Notes: generated by a model not told the origin, from the sequence alone. A DNA stretch of 64,000 bases from Haliotis cracherodii (GCF_022045235.1 NW_027266341.1:54870001-54934000); one strand, 5' to 3'. Shown: positions 48,066 through 61,227, counted from the first letter of the stretch. Program-made: numbers and translations.

Positions 48066-51000
48066 AAAAACATGTTTATGGTTTTCATGTAAATATATTT
48101 CTCCTTGTTACTTTGGAATGAATATATATATAAGTAACAAGGAGAAATATATATACATGAAAAACACACATATACATAAAACAAATATATACTATACGTA
48201 GAGTCCATTGTACAATTCCGACAATATAAGCATGTGTAAATGAAGCACTATCAAATAATAATGATGCCAGGTGTTCGCGAAAAGATGAGCATATCCTAGC
48301 ACCCTCACAAACACATGCAAAGGCAAGACAAATTTTCACCCGACAAAACACGAGAACTCATTGTTCCAGTCAAAAGAAATTGCATCGGACATATCTTTAT
48401 CAATGAAGCATCAAATTTTGAAATTTCCTCCACATATCTACTATAAAACCTTTTGGAAGCTTATGAGGCATTGTGGTGTAAAACTAAACTCACTCATTCA
48501 CTGTAACCCTGATCAAACAACTTTAGAGAAAGTCATATTACACTCTTTGAAATCTTCGTAGAAAGATTGTACCAGCATTTGTGAAATGTAGACACTAAAG
48601 GCTGGATACGCCGGAATATGTTTCTTCATAAAGCGATATCAGATCATGGCTATACCTGAAGATGAATAAGTTAAACTTTTTGGCCAATTGCAAATTCCCG
48701 AGTTTTGATTTTTCCAATGCGAGCAGAAACTCCTATGTAAATACATAAAGAAACAAATCAGCAAGAAGTGGAGCACAACTGGTGCGCATTGGGATACCTA
48801 CTTCCTTCTGTTTTACCCTAAATGTTACATGGATGTCATCATTTTTGTAGAAAGTCCAGCTTTTGAAATAGTGTTCGCTCAGTAAACTTCAGATGACAGT
48901 TGCGTTCATTATTGACAAATTGTACAGAATCTTTAACGATAGAGATGTAACTGTACAGTATATGTAGTCACCACGGTTAGAGACAAATTCCCTAGGGATC
49001 AAGGAATGATGCTTTTTTCTCAAGTGTTTTGTTAGGAACAGTGGTGTACAAAGGTGAAAAACAATTGTTTTGACATTCTGGTAATTTGTAGTAATTCAAT
49101 CAAATCGTTTGAGTTTTTAAGAAACCCCTTTGTTTTAATTCCACTTCTCTCAAATACTTTCTGTGAAATATTGTAATGTACTGTATTGTATTGTATTGTA
49201 TTTACCCATAAATTTTTCATTTATGCAAATGTATTAGTAAGTAGGTTAGTTTAAGCTTAGCGTTTTGATTGGTATTTTAGACGTGTTTAATGGCGAATGA
49301 AATCCCAAAGTGAATCAGGTCATAGACCTTTGGTTGGCAAGGGCATGACGATGAAACCAAGGAACATTATCAGGGATTCGAACACACGATAAGCGGTTCC
49401 TAGCCCGGATAAGGGCCGCAAGTCTGCATAGTGAATAACGACAACTTCTATATTGATGCCCTTTTTAATCAATTACATCAAACGGATGTGTCAGCCAGTA
49501 GGAGTAGCGAAAGAAATGCGCATCTGGGTTTACTTACAACCCGACACAAAATATATCTATGGGAAATATATCCAACTAGTGACATATTTGTTTTATTGTG
49601 TACAGTGAAACCTTGTTAATCCGGACGGCACCGTTCCCAGTGAAATCCTCCTTAGGATACACAATTTACGTATTAACAAATCATGGCTACGAAATACTGC
49701 TTTTATATGTAGACATTCAAAACAGGATTTCTCTGGAAGTCGGGGTTTCCGGATTAAAAGGGTCCCAACTATTGGGGTTTCACCCAAAAGAAGGTAATTA
49801 AAATTTCAACTTAACCAAAACTGTTCCTAGTTGCTTAAATGTGTCTCATTCTGATACAAACTCAGTTAAATTATATACAGCCTACATACTTACTCATAAA
49901 CGTAAATATGCATACAAAGCATCATGAAATACTTTATTTTAGTAGTATTCAAGTCAGTTTGATCTTACACATTTATACCTACAGAAAATGGCGTAATCAT
50001 TTTTTTTTTAAATATAACATATTGTCCTTGTCAAATAAAGTATAAACCGTCTGTATCTGTAAATGTCTTGACCATGTGTATAATACAATTAGTCAAATTA
50101 ATTAGTGTCTAATTATTCTATTTGCGTTATTCCTGTAAATGCTGCCATTTTTTACATACTGAAAATTGTATAATATCATTGTATCCCATGTGCCACTGTG
50201 CATGGTTTTTCGAAACATTAATGAATTGAGTTGATATTGCAGTACTTATTCACAAAACGAACACAGACCCTTTGTTCTCCGGGCGGACGCTCTATCCACT
50301 ACACCACGGAGGCGACCAAGGGCATGTTTCCCTGCCCTGAGGGGCTTGGCCGTGTCATGGTTGAAGAGTTTAGGCAGCTGGGGGCCTTTAAACCTTGTAA
50401 ATTAAACACTAAACCTAAGACATGCTTAACACATCTCACCACGCAACACACAAAGATTGATAAGAAACAGCAGTGTCATCCCGATCGGTCGAATATATAG
50501 TTAAGAATAAGAAAATAATGGTTGACCGATCAGCACTGAATATTCAAGCACATTCGAAGTATCAGTACCTGGAGATTAACAATCTCAAAACAGAGCAATC
50601 CAATATTTATCAAGTAGTGGCGAAAAGTTAAAAAATGATAATGTATGGATGTCATAACTGTTTTATTTAAGTCACAACGTGCTTTGCTGGGCTATAGGTA
50701 TTTCGTCAAACTGAGTCTTCGTTATGAAAGACAATTGTGAATATATTAACTTGGTCTTGTCGCTCTATGGCTGAAATCATGCCGACGCGACGTTCAAATT
50801 TAACTCACTCACTCGTTATGAAAGAAAGAAACATTCAATGGCAGTTGTTTCGTGTTTGACCAACAATGGTTGTTCCGACTTGAATCCCTAACGACACAAT
50901 CGAGCCTATTTCAATTGTTTATTCGTTCGAATTTGTTTGCCGAAAGTTTTTCTTTTATCACCACTAACTTATAGATTTGATCTACGACAAATAAACATCT

Positions 51001-51456
51001 GATATCAAATGATTACAAAAAGGTAAATCAAAATACGTAGTAGATGTCACCGTGACCTACATGAAACACACAACAAGACAAATATATTTTGAAAATTCAC
51101 TTTTTCTCAACAGAAAACTTCACGACTTTGGAAATTCCCATATGCGTGAAAAATTAATGCAATTCTCATAATCCAGCGTAGAAACACCGCTTGTATTTTT
51201 CGATTTACGATTTTTAATCTTAAGAAGGTATAAGCAATCTTTAAAAACAGCGTAATAGATAGCGTGTGGAGTTTTCATTATCGTATAAACGGTCAGGCAT
51301 ACCAAGCAGGTTTGTTTATTGCAGTTAACCCATAAACGTCACTGTCAGAGATTTAGGGAGCTATACTTTAATAGAGAGGTACGTGTTTTCATAAGCTCAA
51401 CGTCGACTGTTACGCGAAATCTGTCAAAAACGAAATAGTGACATATTAAATATATA

Positions 51457-52085
51457 CAGTAAACTACGGTTATAACGAACTCAAAGGGAGCACTAATTCT
51501 AGTTCGTTATAGGCATGCATACCGCATGTATACAGCAATTCCCGGGACCAAATAAAAACAGTTCGTTAAAACCGTTAGATCGTTATAAACGTAGTTTCAT
51601 TTTAGTTCGTTATAAGCATGCGTACCGCATATATACAGCAATTCCCAGGAACAAATAAAAACAGTTCGTTAAAACCGTCAGTTCGTTATAACCGTCAGAT
51701 CGTTATAAACGTAGTTTAATTTTAGTTCGTTATAAGCATGAGTACCGCATATATACAGCAATTCCCGGGACCAAATAAAAACAGTTCGTTATAACCGTCA
51801 GTTCGTTATAACCGTCAGATCGTTATAAACGTAGTTTAATTTTTGTTCGTTATAAGCATGCATACCGCATATATACAGCAATTCCCGGGACCAAATAAAA
51901 ACAGTTCGTTATAACCGTCAGTTCGTTATAACCGTCAGATCGTTATAAACGTAGTTTAATTTTTGTTCGTTATAAGCATGCATACCGCATATATACAGCT
52001 ATTCCCGGGACCAAATAAAAACAGTTCGTTATAACCGTCAGTTCGTTATTACCGTCAGATCGTTATAAACGTAGTTTAATTTTAG
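51457..52085. repeat. MITE-derived 120-bp tandem array (~5 units)
   Basis: Begins with the intact left TIR cagtaaactacggttataacgaac, then 120-bp periodicity (51601/51721/51841/51961) of MITE internal sequence. Confidence 0.9.
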
Positions 52086-52508
52086 TGATACCTCGTTTAT
52101 TAGGACCCCGTTAGTCTGAAAACCTCTCCTTCCGCAAGGTCTGTTTGAGAACGCAATGTAGCATTAAAGAGGTACTGCTCGAAAGCAATATTCGTTCATA
52201 CCGTATGCAACATCATTCTTTTATATGTACTGGAATTGTTATGCAAACACATGAGTTTGAATGTGGACTTGATCACACATATGAAATAAATATTACTTCA
52301 GTTTAATCAGCGTTACATGTATGCATGTGTCTGACTTGACTTCAAAACGACAAGCACTCAGCTTGCAAAATCGATGTATATCCACAAGAAAACAGCGACA
52401 AAACAATATGAAACGTTGATACCTCTACTATACTACTATATCGTTACTTCAATTCTTCTTCTGTTACTGTTACTGCTATGCTACTGCTACTATTGTTCAT
52501 TTGACTGT

Positions 52509-52768
52509 GTTTGTTTGTTTGTTTGTTTGTTTGTTAGTTTGTTTAACGCCGCACTCAGCAAAATGCCAGCTATATGACGGCGGTCTGTAAATAATCGCGT
52601 CTGGACCACACAATCAATTGATTGACATCGTGAGCATCGATCCAAGCAATTGGGATACGATCACATGCATCAACCAAGTCAGCGAGCCTGACCACCCGAT
52701 CCTGTTAGTCGCCTCTTACGACAAGCATAGTCGCCTTTTACCTCTTATACCCCGGATCTTCACGGGTC
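52509..52768 (-). mobile_element. Meta/MESC-like SINE
   Basis: Reverse match with (GTTT)n tail and ttagtcgcctcttacgac core. Confidence 0.85.
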
Positions 52769-54270
52769 TCATGTTGCTAATCTAGACCTTTCATTTTTCA
52801 GTGATTTAGTTACGGATTTCTCTAAACACAGGATGGGTGATCGATATAAAAGTGAAAATGACCAGTTTTTCAACCACTGGGACTTTCAGGAACCTGTAGG
52901 CCAAGGCAGTAACAATGACAGACATACTTTGTTTTGTAATCAGTTCCGTCCATGCCTCGAAAATGGGCCTATGCACCCGATACTACAAATTCTCTAAGCA
53001 AAATATTTTTACAGACTCGGAGAGAATATAATAAATACATATTTCATTTTATTTCATATTTAAGAAATGTAGGCTAAAATAGAACACAAACGCCATAAGG
53101 CCTGCTCCTAATACTACCTCTACCGGTCATCTGCTAGTTGTTCGAATCCCAAATACGCCCTGATATGGATTCTTTGTTTGGCAAGACCACACCCGAGCTC
53201 TTGCTTTTCACAAAAGTGGTTAAAGTCGTCATCAATTTGGACTTTTCTCCCCAAAGCTGGTATGTAGTGATACGGCTGGAATAAAGTTCAAACTGTCCAA
53301 AATCCAACACACTAACTCACTCACTTACTCGTACAGTTTGGTCACCTGCGTGCTGACATGTAATATTTACAATCTGTAACCGGTTTGCATAAAACTAATT
53401 TGCAAATAAGTTTTGTCTGTTTGTTTAATAAATCAATCTGCTTTATATCACAACTAGGTATTTTCCGAGGTACGACTTGTACTTATTTGATATTTTAAAG
53501 TGGAAACCTGAATCTTTATATGGACACTTTCGTCCACGTTACATTAATTACTTAATAAATATATATATTTATCCTCTCCCAGTCTGCAAATACATTTCGC
53601 TTAAATACAAAATAATGTCGCCTGCACAGGCCTCTTTTCGAAAAATGGACATAACTGGTATAAATAATATTGAAAACGTTTGTTGGCGGTTGCCAACTGG
53701 TTCCGTAATGTTTTGCATCAGTACTTTCAAAACTAGTAATTTATAGTTTTATTTCGATCACCGACCAAAAGTTTGAAGAAATCCGTAAATAAATCGCTAT
53801 AAATTGGAAGGTATAGAGAAGCAACATGAAAATAGTGGCATTGGCATTAACACGAGCAGCAGTAACATTAGCGTTAGCAGCAGTAACAATCATGGCAGTC
53901 GTGATACTAGAAGTATCGGCTTTTCTTCTTGTTTTCTCGTGGGCACACATCAACTGTCAAACTGAGTGTTTTTCGTTTTAAAGTCTGGTTCTATACATGC
54001 ATACATTAAATGCTGGCAAAAGCGAGTTAATATTAATTTAATATTTGTGACCAAGACCACATTCAGAGGCAGGTGTATGCTGTTGATGAATAATTATAAG
54101 TTTAAAGAGACCGGCCATGAATGTCCAGTGTAGCGGATCGCTCAGTAACCGTGTAATTAGCGGCTCGTGAAGTTTAACGGGAATCAGTTTGGGCTTTAAA
54201 AGACGGACACTGCCGATGAGTCTTCACATTCGGATCTCATCTCCAGACAGAAACACTTGTGGGAGTCAAG

Positions 54271-54276
54271 ATGAAG
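54271..54276 (+). CDS. Paralog 5 coding exon 1 (Met-Lys)
   Basis: caagATGAAG|gtaaga; TATA-like TTTAAAA at 54195-54201. Confidence 0.82.
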
Positions 54277-55358
54277 GTAAGATGCAGTTGAACTGTCTTG
54301 CTTCTTATTTCAGTTGTTCGTGTAGTGTCTAGGTTATCAGGACTCAATTGTAACTATTTCCAATACATACTTTAGGAAACTGCCGTAGTATGAAGTTGGC
54401 TTCTGCTGTTTAATGTCGCAGATTCATTGTATCAAGGTTTTCCTATTCTAAACATAGAGCCGTTACGCTACATACATGTAAAAAGGCTAAATTAACTCGT
54501 TCGTTCATATGTTCAACTACCTTCGTTTTTCCGTAAAAAAAAAACTACAACCCCTTTTCCACAAATCCATCTTGTGAGTTAAGTGTGTTTGTTTAAACAA
54601 TGTACTCTCTCTTAACCAGTATTTGTGTCATCCGATGATTTGTTAATTCTAAAACCTTTCTTCCTTTGTAAGCATACACCTTCACTACTTCGGATTAAAC
54701 CAACTTCAATACTGACAATCATTATATAATATCGTATTTTATTATATACTTCAGTGTGAAATACTGACTTTTCCGAAGTTGAGAAAAGTGATATTTTCAT
54801 TGTAGTGAACATAATACTTGATATTTCACTGCTGTTAACAAAGCACTTTGACGAAACCATTGTCATACAAAAGTTACCTCCCCTCAAATTGTATCCCTTT
54901 AGCGTGAGGGCGGTGAACCGTCCCTGTGTGTTAGGTAGGGAGAATTAACGTTTCAAGGTTATACATTCGTAATGAAAAAATAATAATTATCCGATAGATA
55001 ACTACAAAAAAGCATATTATAAATAGGATATTCCATGTGTCTCGTGAAATATCATATTTCCTCTCATCTCGTGACGGGGAAAAAGGAGAAATTTTAACTC
55101 GCTGAAATATCCTCATTTTATTTAACCAAAACTTTCGAATTTTTAAAACGTTTATTTCAATATCGGACGCTGTTCCCATATGTTCTAGCCTTGTCAACGT
55201 TCTCTTGATGTAAGTGATGACGAAATAGGCATAGGCATGTTTTGTGAACGTTATACCTGAATGTCAAAATTGTAGTTTAACGTTTTGAACCTTTGAGAAG
55301 CCGCTTAACAGATATCCAGAGTTGTCGTGTGTGTATCCTCATTATTTACTGTTTTCAG

Positions 55359-57485
55359 TGTCTCTCTCTTGCCGTCATCGCCATCTGTGTGGCTGCTGCC
55401 ACATGCGACTACTTCGACAACTATGGCGCCGCCGCCAACAACGGCCACCTGTCAGCCGGCGTGAACAACTACGGGAAGGGACAGTACGCCAACCAGAACA
55501 CTGACCACAAATACAACAGATACGACAACGCCGCTAACACCTACAACAAAGCCGCCAACAACTACGCCAACCACGGCAACCACTACTACAAAGCAGCTGA
55601 TCAGGCCGGCGTCAAGGGAGACGCTGCCTCCAACTACTACGGCAACAAGGCTGCCGCCCACGCCAATAACGCTTACGGCGATGCCGCCCACAACAACAAA
55701 GCCAACTACCACGACGCCGCCGCCAAACACTACGCCAGGAAAGACAACGCCGCCAGAGCTGCTGCTAACAACAACCACGCCAATAACAACTACTACAACA
55801 AGGGTGACGTCTTCAACACCGGCGTCAACTACGGCTTCGACAAGAAATACAACAAGAACTCAAACGAGGATGGCGACTATGAAGTCCTTGACACAAGCAG
55901 CGCTCACAACCTCGCCGACTACCGTGACCACAGTGGAGCCGCCAACTACGCCAACCGCGAGCACGCCAACAAGAAATACGCCGCCGATGCCGCACACGCT
56001 CTGAAGGACAGTAAGTACGGACATGGCGCTGCCGCAAATCAATACGGAAACGGTAAATATGGCGCCGCCACCAGCCACGCTGCCAACAACGGTGCTGCCA
56101 ACCACGCCACCGCTGCCAAATTAAACGAAGCTGCTGGAAGCAACAAATACTATGACAACGCTCATGACGCTTCTAAAGATCAGTACGACAACTTCGCTAA
56201 CAAGAATGCCTTCTACGACAGAAAAAACGCTGCTAACGCCGCCGCACAGGCCGCTCACAACCTCGCCGGCCACGGCACCCACGGAGTCTACGGAACTCAC
56301 GGATTCTCAGGAGTCGGAGGCGTCGGAGGCGTCGGTAAAGGAAACGGCTACGGTAACGGCTACGGTCATGGTAACGGCTACGGTCAGCAATACGGTCAGC
56401 AATATGGTCAGCATGGTCAACAATACGGTCAGCAGGGACATGGTCTGTACGATAACGCCGCTCAAGGTCAGCACTCCAACCATTATGATTCAGCCGCCAA
56501 TGCTGCCAATGTTAGAAATGGTAAATATGGATCTCACCTGAATGACTACCAGAGAAACAATGCCGGAGCTGCCTACCACAAGAACGGCTACAACAACGCC
56601 CAGGCCAACGACTACTACAAATCCGGTGCTGCTGCTGACAAGAACAACGCCTACAGGTCCAACACCGACGCTGCAGCTTCCGACAGACACGGATACGACC
56701 ACGCCGGTGCCGATGCTGCCAGCCTTTATAATGCCAAAGCTGCTGCAACCGACAGTGTCAACTCTGCCTACGCCAAGGACAACTTCAGACGTAATTACAA
56801 CGATGCTGCCAAGAAACACCATCTGGTCAAGAAGTTCCACCACCACAACAACGCCGGCGGCAACAACTACGAACGCCTCAACTACAACAGAAAGGACTAC
56901 AAGGATAACTTCGCCCAGAACGCCAACGCTGCACACTCTAATGCCAACAAGTACTCTCAGAACTATTACAACGACGCTGCCAACGCAGCAGCCCACAACA
57001 ACGACAAATATGCCGCCAACAACGCTGACAACGCCTACAAATACAATGACGTCGCTCAGGCCGCCAACGGCAACGCTGCTAAGAAATCGAACTACTACAA
57101 CCAGAATGCTGCCAATGCTGCCGGAGCTAACAATAATGCCGCTGCTTCTAAATACAACGACTACAACAATGCTGCTGCTGCTCGCGCCAACGTCCTCAAC
57201 GACTATGCCCACAACAATTACGGATCCAATGCCCGTGCCCACAGTAACTCTCACGGCGCTGCTACCAACAACGCCGCCGCCGCTCAACACGGTACCCCCT
57301 ATAGCAACGGCTACGGTGTCGGACATGGAGTTGGTGTCGGTCACGGAGTTGGTGTCGGACATGGAGTTGGTGTCGGAAACGGTGTCGGAGGGTTCGGAGT
57401 TGGAAATGGCGTCGTGGGCGTTGGATTCGGCCGTGGCCTTGCTGGTGGTTTCGGAGGCGCCAAGGGCGGCTACCAGTACTATTAG
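55359..57485 (+). CDS. Paralog 5 exon 2: most divergent secreted Ala/Asn/Gly/Tyr/His-rich protein (710 aa spliced)
   Basis: Acceptor gttttcag|TGT in frame with ORF 55293-57485; MKCLSLAVIAICVAAATC signal peptide; same core motifs; QQYG linker and GVGH tail. Confidence 0.93.
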   Translation, partial: CLSLAVIAICVAAATCDYFDNYGAAANNGHLSAGVNNYGKGQYANQNTDHKYNRYDNAANTYNKAANNYANHGNHYYKAADQAGVKGDAASNYYGNKAAAHANNAYGDAAHNNKANYHDAAAKHYARKDNAARAAANNNHANNNYYNKGDVFNTGVNYGFDKKYNKNSNEDGDYEVLDTSSAHNLADYRDHSGAANYANREHANKKYAADAAHALKDSKYGHGAAANQYGNGKYGAATSHAANNGAANHATAAKLNEAAGSNKYYDNAHDASKDQYDNFANKNAFYDRKNAANAAAQAAHNLAGHGTHGVYGTHGFSGVGGVGGVGKGNGYGNGYGHGNGYGQQYGQQYGQHGQQYGQQGHGLYDNAAQGQHSNHYDSAANAANVRNGKYGSHLNDYQRNNAGAAYHKNGYNNAQANDYYKSGAAADKNNAYRSNTDAAASDRHGYDHAGADAASLYNAKAAATDSVNSAYAKDNFRRNYNDAAKKHHLVKKFHHHNNAGGNNYERLNYNRKDYKDNFAQNANAAHSNANKYSQNYYNDAANAAAHNNDKYAANNADNAYKYNDVAQAANGNAAKKSNYYNQNAANAAGANNNAAASKYNDYNNAAAARANVLNDYAHNNYGSNARAHSNSHGAATNNAAAAQHGTPYSNGYGVGHGVGVGHGVGVGHGVGVGNGVGGFGVGNGVVGVGFGRGLAGGFGGAKGGYQYY

Positions 57486-57835
57486 ACACTATCATAAGCC
57501 ACAGGTTTATGGGATTCGTTGGGTTTATAGCTTTTTTACTATTTTATACTGTTTGACACCGAAACTTGCATATCCAGAAAACTGTGTGTTGTCTATCTAT
57601 TTCTTTGTAAATATACTTTCACAAAAATTGGATTTATGTTTCAAGAATTAGAAATTCGAGCTGAGCAAATCCATTAATATTGTTTCATCACCGTATCTCC
57701 TACAGTTTGCCAATCAGATATTTCGACCCTTTAGACAAAGCGACTGCCACGTTGCATCTTTCGTGTATTTGTTGAGATTGGCTTATTTCAAGGAGTGCTG
57801 CTGATCACTCTGCCAGGTGTCGTCTTGTTTGTCCG

Positions 57836-57841
57836 AATAAA
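57836..57841 (+). terminator. Probable polyadenylation signal of paralog 5
   Basis: AATAAA ~350 bp after the stop, followed by a T-rich tract. Confidence 0.6.
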
Positions 57842-58867
57842 TGATTCTTGAATATACTCATATTTTTCTGTTTTATGTCACTTTATTTACAATCCCATAG
57901 ATTTTTGTTGGTGGAACTTCGATCAAAACCGGCTTATCTATGATAAGTAATTTCTTGGATTTTCGTCACCACCAGGGGGCGCCGCAGAATGGATTTAAAG
58001 CATATACATCACTGTTGCAATTAACTCTGAATTGATGTCTGAATTTGATCAAAACCGGCTATATCTAAAATAAGTAATTTGGGCGGCCATCTTGGATTTT
58101 CGTCACCACCAGGGGGCGCCGCAGAATGGATTTGAATCATATACAGCACTGTTGCAATTTACCCTGAATTGATTTCTGAATTTGACCAGATATTTATCAT
58201 TTACTGAGCAAAGATTGACACCAGTAGAGACTTCAGCCAAATTGACGGCCATCTTGGATTTTCTGCCACCGGGGGCCTCTGGTGCGCTAGATCCATATCC
58301 AGAAATGTTCCGATGTTTGGTGCTTTCTCAATATTCTCATACTTTTCTGTTTTATGTCACTTTACTTACAAGCCAATTGCTTTTTGTTGCTTGATCTTCA
58401 ATAACAACAATCTATTAATATTTAGCCGAGATTCTACAGTTGATTCGGCGAGTTAAGAAATGCTGATCATACGATCTTCTTTCGCCCTGAGCCAGGATGT
58501 ATTTTCGATACTATTTTACTGGATCAAAAACTCAAAGGCAAAAATAATTGTCAGTATATGAATCCTATAAATATATTAACAATTGGATATTGATAATAAG
58601 AAATATTTTAGGGGTAGGTTTCTCGGCAGGATAAAGCCAAAGGATGAAAACGGTATCCGTTGGGGTTGGAATGTGATGAATATTCAAATTAAAAAGGTCA
58701 GGTAGGTAATACTTTCATTGTTTACAAACAAACATGGCGTTGCCCTTGTATTCCGGCGACTGAGTAAGAATTGATTCGGAAATATTAAACAAATTACTTG
58801 AATAACAGATCACATTTCAATTAAGAAATATTTTGTGTAAAACAAGTTTCAGATGGAACTGTATTGA

Positions 58868-59027
58868 GTGAATGAGTGAGTGAGTATGATTTTACGCCGC
58901 TTGTTGCAATATTCCAGCAATATCACGGCGGGGGACACCAGAAATGGGCTTCACACATTGTACCCATGTCGGGAATCGAACGAGCGAACGCTTTAACCAC
59001 TAGGCCACTAGGCTACCCGACCGCCCC
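58868..59027 (-). mobile_element. SINE family A with TSD
   Basis: TSD tggaactgtattga at 58854-58867 and 59028-59041. Confidence 0.85.
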
Positions 59028-59524
59028 TGGAACTGTATTGAAGTGATATATTTATGCGCACATTCCAGGTGAATGTACCGTTTGTGTACCGTTTATGTAC
59101 CATTTTTGTATCCTTTTGTACCGTTGTTTCGTCGATAGACTTTACGAATGACATTATATAACAAAGAGGTTATCATGCATGTAAATTTCAAAGTATCTTT
59201 TATTAGGAATAAACACCATGCAATGGTTAATGGCTAATGGAGACTCGTCGTCGATAAATACAACGTATATCCTGAATACAGGCTGTGTTCCATCCCCTTG
59301 TTTTAACGTCATTATTATCAACGCTTTTAACGAGATTTTGATCACACTCTTAAAGATCACCGGTCACTACAACTGACATTAGAACTGGACGAATGTAGAT
59401 TTCATTAGACATCGGTCAACGTTCAAAGGTGGAATTCTCATATAAGTGGCAACGGCCATGCAATATTACGTGCATGTAAGTTTCAAGGGTGAAAGGTCTG
59501 GTGTTTGAGTGGTTGCTGGAGACG

Positions 59525-60001
59525 AGTTTGCCAATCAGATATTTCAACCCTTTAGACAAAGCGACTGCCACTTTGCATCTTTCGTGTATTTGTTGAGATT
59601 GGCTTATTTCAAGGAGTTGTTCAGATCACTCTGTCAGGCGTTGTCCTGCTTGTCCAAATAAATAATTCTTGAATATTCTCATATTTTTCTGTTTTATGTC
59701 ACTTTACTTACAAGCCCATTGATTTTTTGTTGGTTAAATTTCGCCCAACACCGACTATCTAAAATAAGTAATTTTGGCGGCCATCTTGGATTTTCGTCAC
59801 CACCAGGGGGCGCCGCATACAAGACTTGAAACATATACAGCATTGTTGCAATTAACCCTGAATAGATTACTGAATTTGACCAGATATTTATCACATACTG
59901 AGCACAGGTTGACATCTGTTGAGACTTCAGCCAAAGTGACGGCCATCTTGGATTCTCTGCCACCAGGTGCCACTGGTGAGTTAGATCCATATCCAGAAAT
60001 G
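59525..60001 (+). repeat. Direct duplicate of 57704-58308 (paralog 5 3' UTR end and flank)
   Basis: agtttgccaatcagatattt...gatccatatccagaaatgt in both. Confidence 0.88.
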
Positions 60002-60609
60002 TCCGGAATGGTTCATTGTATAAGAGTTTCAATTAAGCGTACATAATTTTGACGAATTCCAGCCTTAACCGCCCCACTATAAATACATACTAACGCAATA
60101 ATTAGCCGAGATTCCACAGATGTAATATTCCATTAGTTAGACAGACATTAGTGAAACCGTCAGTTATCAGACAGTGAGTTTGGGGTTTAATTAGAATAAT
60201 ACCCACAGCTGCAATGGTACAGTCCTAACTACTCAGATGTACTGTGATTAAGGTTTATGTGTAGATATCCAATCACATTACGGTTTCAAGCACAATTGGA
60301 GTGCTACAAAACTGGGGGTGTTTATGTACTACGCTAGCTGTTCTGATTACCGCATATGTAGACAAAACCTAGTGCCTGTGATTATGTAGCCGATAGGGGA
60401 AAATAGCGTTCGGAGAGACTCGTGTAGCGCATTCTTCATATCGAATCTCATTTTCGAACTTTGGGTTTGGAAAAAAATGTTTGAACCGTTCCTTGCCTTT
60501 CCGCCATCGACCTATCTATCAAACTCATTATGCTGACACGTCGCGATATAACTGAAATACTGTTAAAAGCGGCGTTAAACCCAACTCACTCACTCTAATT
60601 CAAGTGATT

Positions 60610-60850
60610 AAAAAACCGAATCGTTGAAAGTGCCAGCCTTGTGCAGCTGAACTTTGGAGCTGCACCACCAAAACGCAAAGTAATGTACAGAGAAATTGAA
60701 AACGGCCTTGCTCGACTAAAGAACCAACTTCAACAGGCAAAGAAGAAACCACTCGAGTACATGGATGCTGTTGGCCACCTACTTAGCCTTGTTACTAGAC
60801 TCACATGTAGAATGTTTGCATCCATGTTTATAAATCATGCAACTTTGTAA
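60610..60850 (+). mobile_element. Probable C-terminal fragment of a MULE-type transposase
   Basis: GAAPPKRKVMYREIENGLARLKNQLQQ..PLEYMDAVGHL resembles C-termini of animal FLYWCH-MULE transposases; recognition only, no search run. Confidence 0.5.
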
Positions 60851-61227
60851 AATCCAATTTATAAAATCCTTTACAGAAAAGGTGCATAGCATTAAAATAA
60901 ATAACGTTAATATTCAACCCTGTCTTTGTTTATCATCAACTTGAATATCCCATTATCATCCTGAGGTAACAGTATGTTGAGTTGCTGTTCACTCAACCAT
61001 AAATTGTGTTGTTTAAGCTGCCTAACTATTACGGGTGTCTAACCGATGAGAGGTTACCTCTCAGGCGAGTGTATATTGTTAGCCTTCAATAGTATATATA
61101 AAAAACTATATCTGTCTATATTTCCATACTGCCTACCCGTTTAGTACACACTTACTTCTGATCCAGTGATTTCACCACATATTCCCCCTAATATGTAATT
61201 GGTAGGATGCGGTGGGCAGTATAAGTA

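Noticed and set aside
53741-53953. Hydrophobic ORF with AANANVTAA upstream of paralog 5
   Set aside because: Short imperfect gcagcagtaaca repeat with no splice or homology support.
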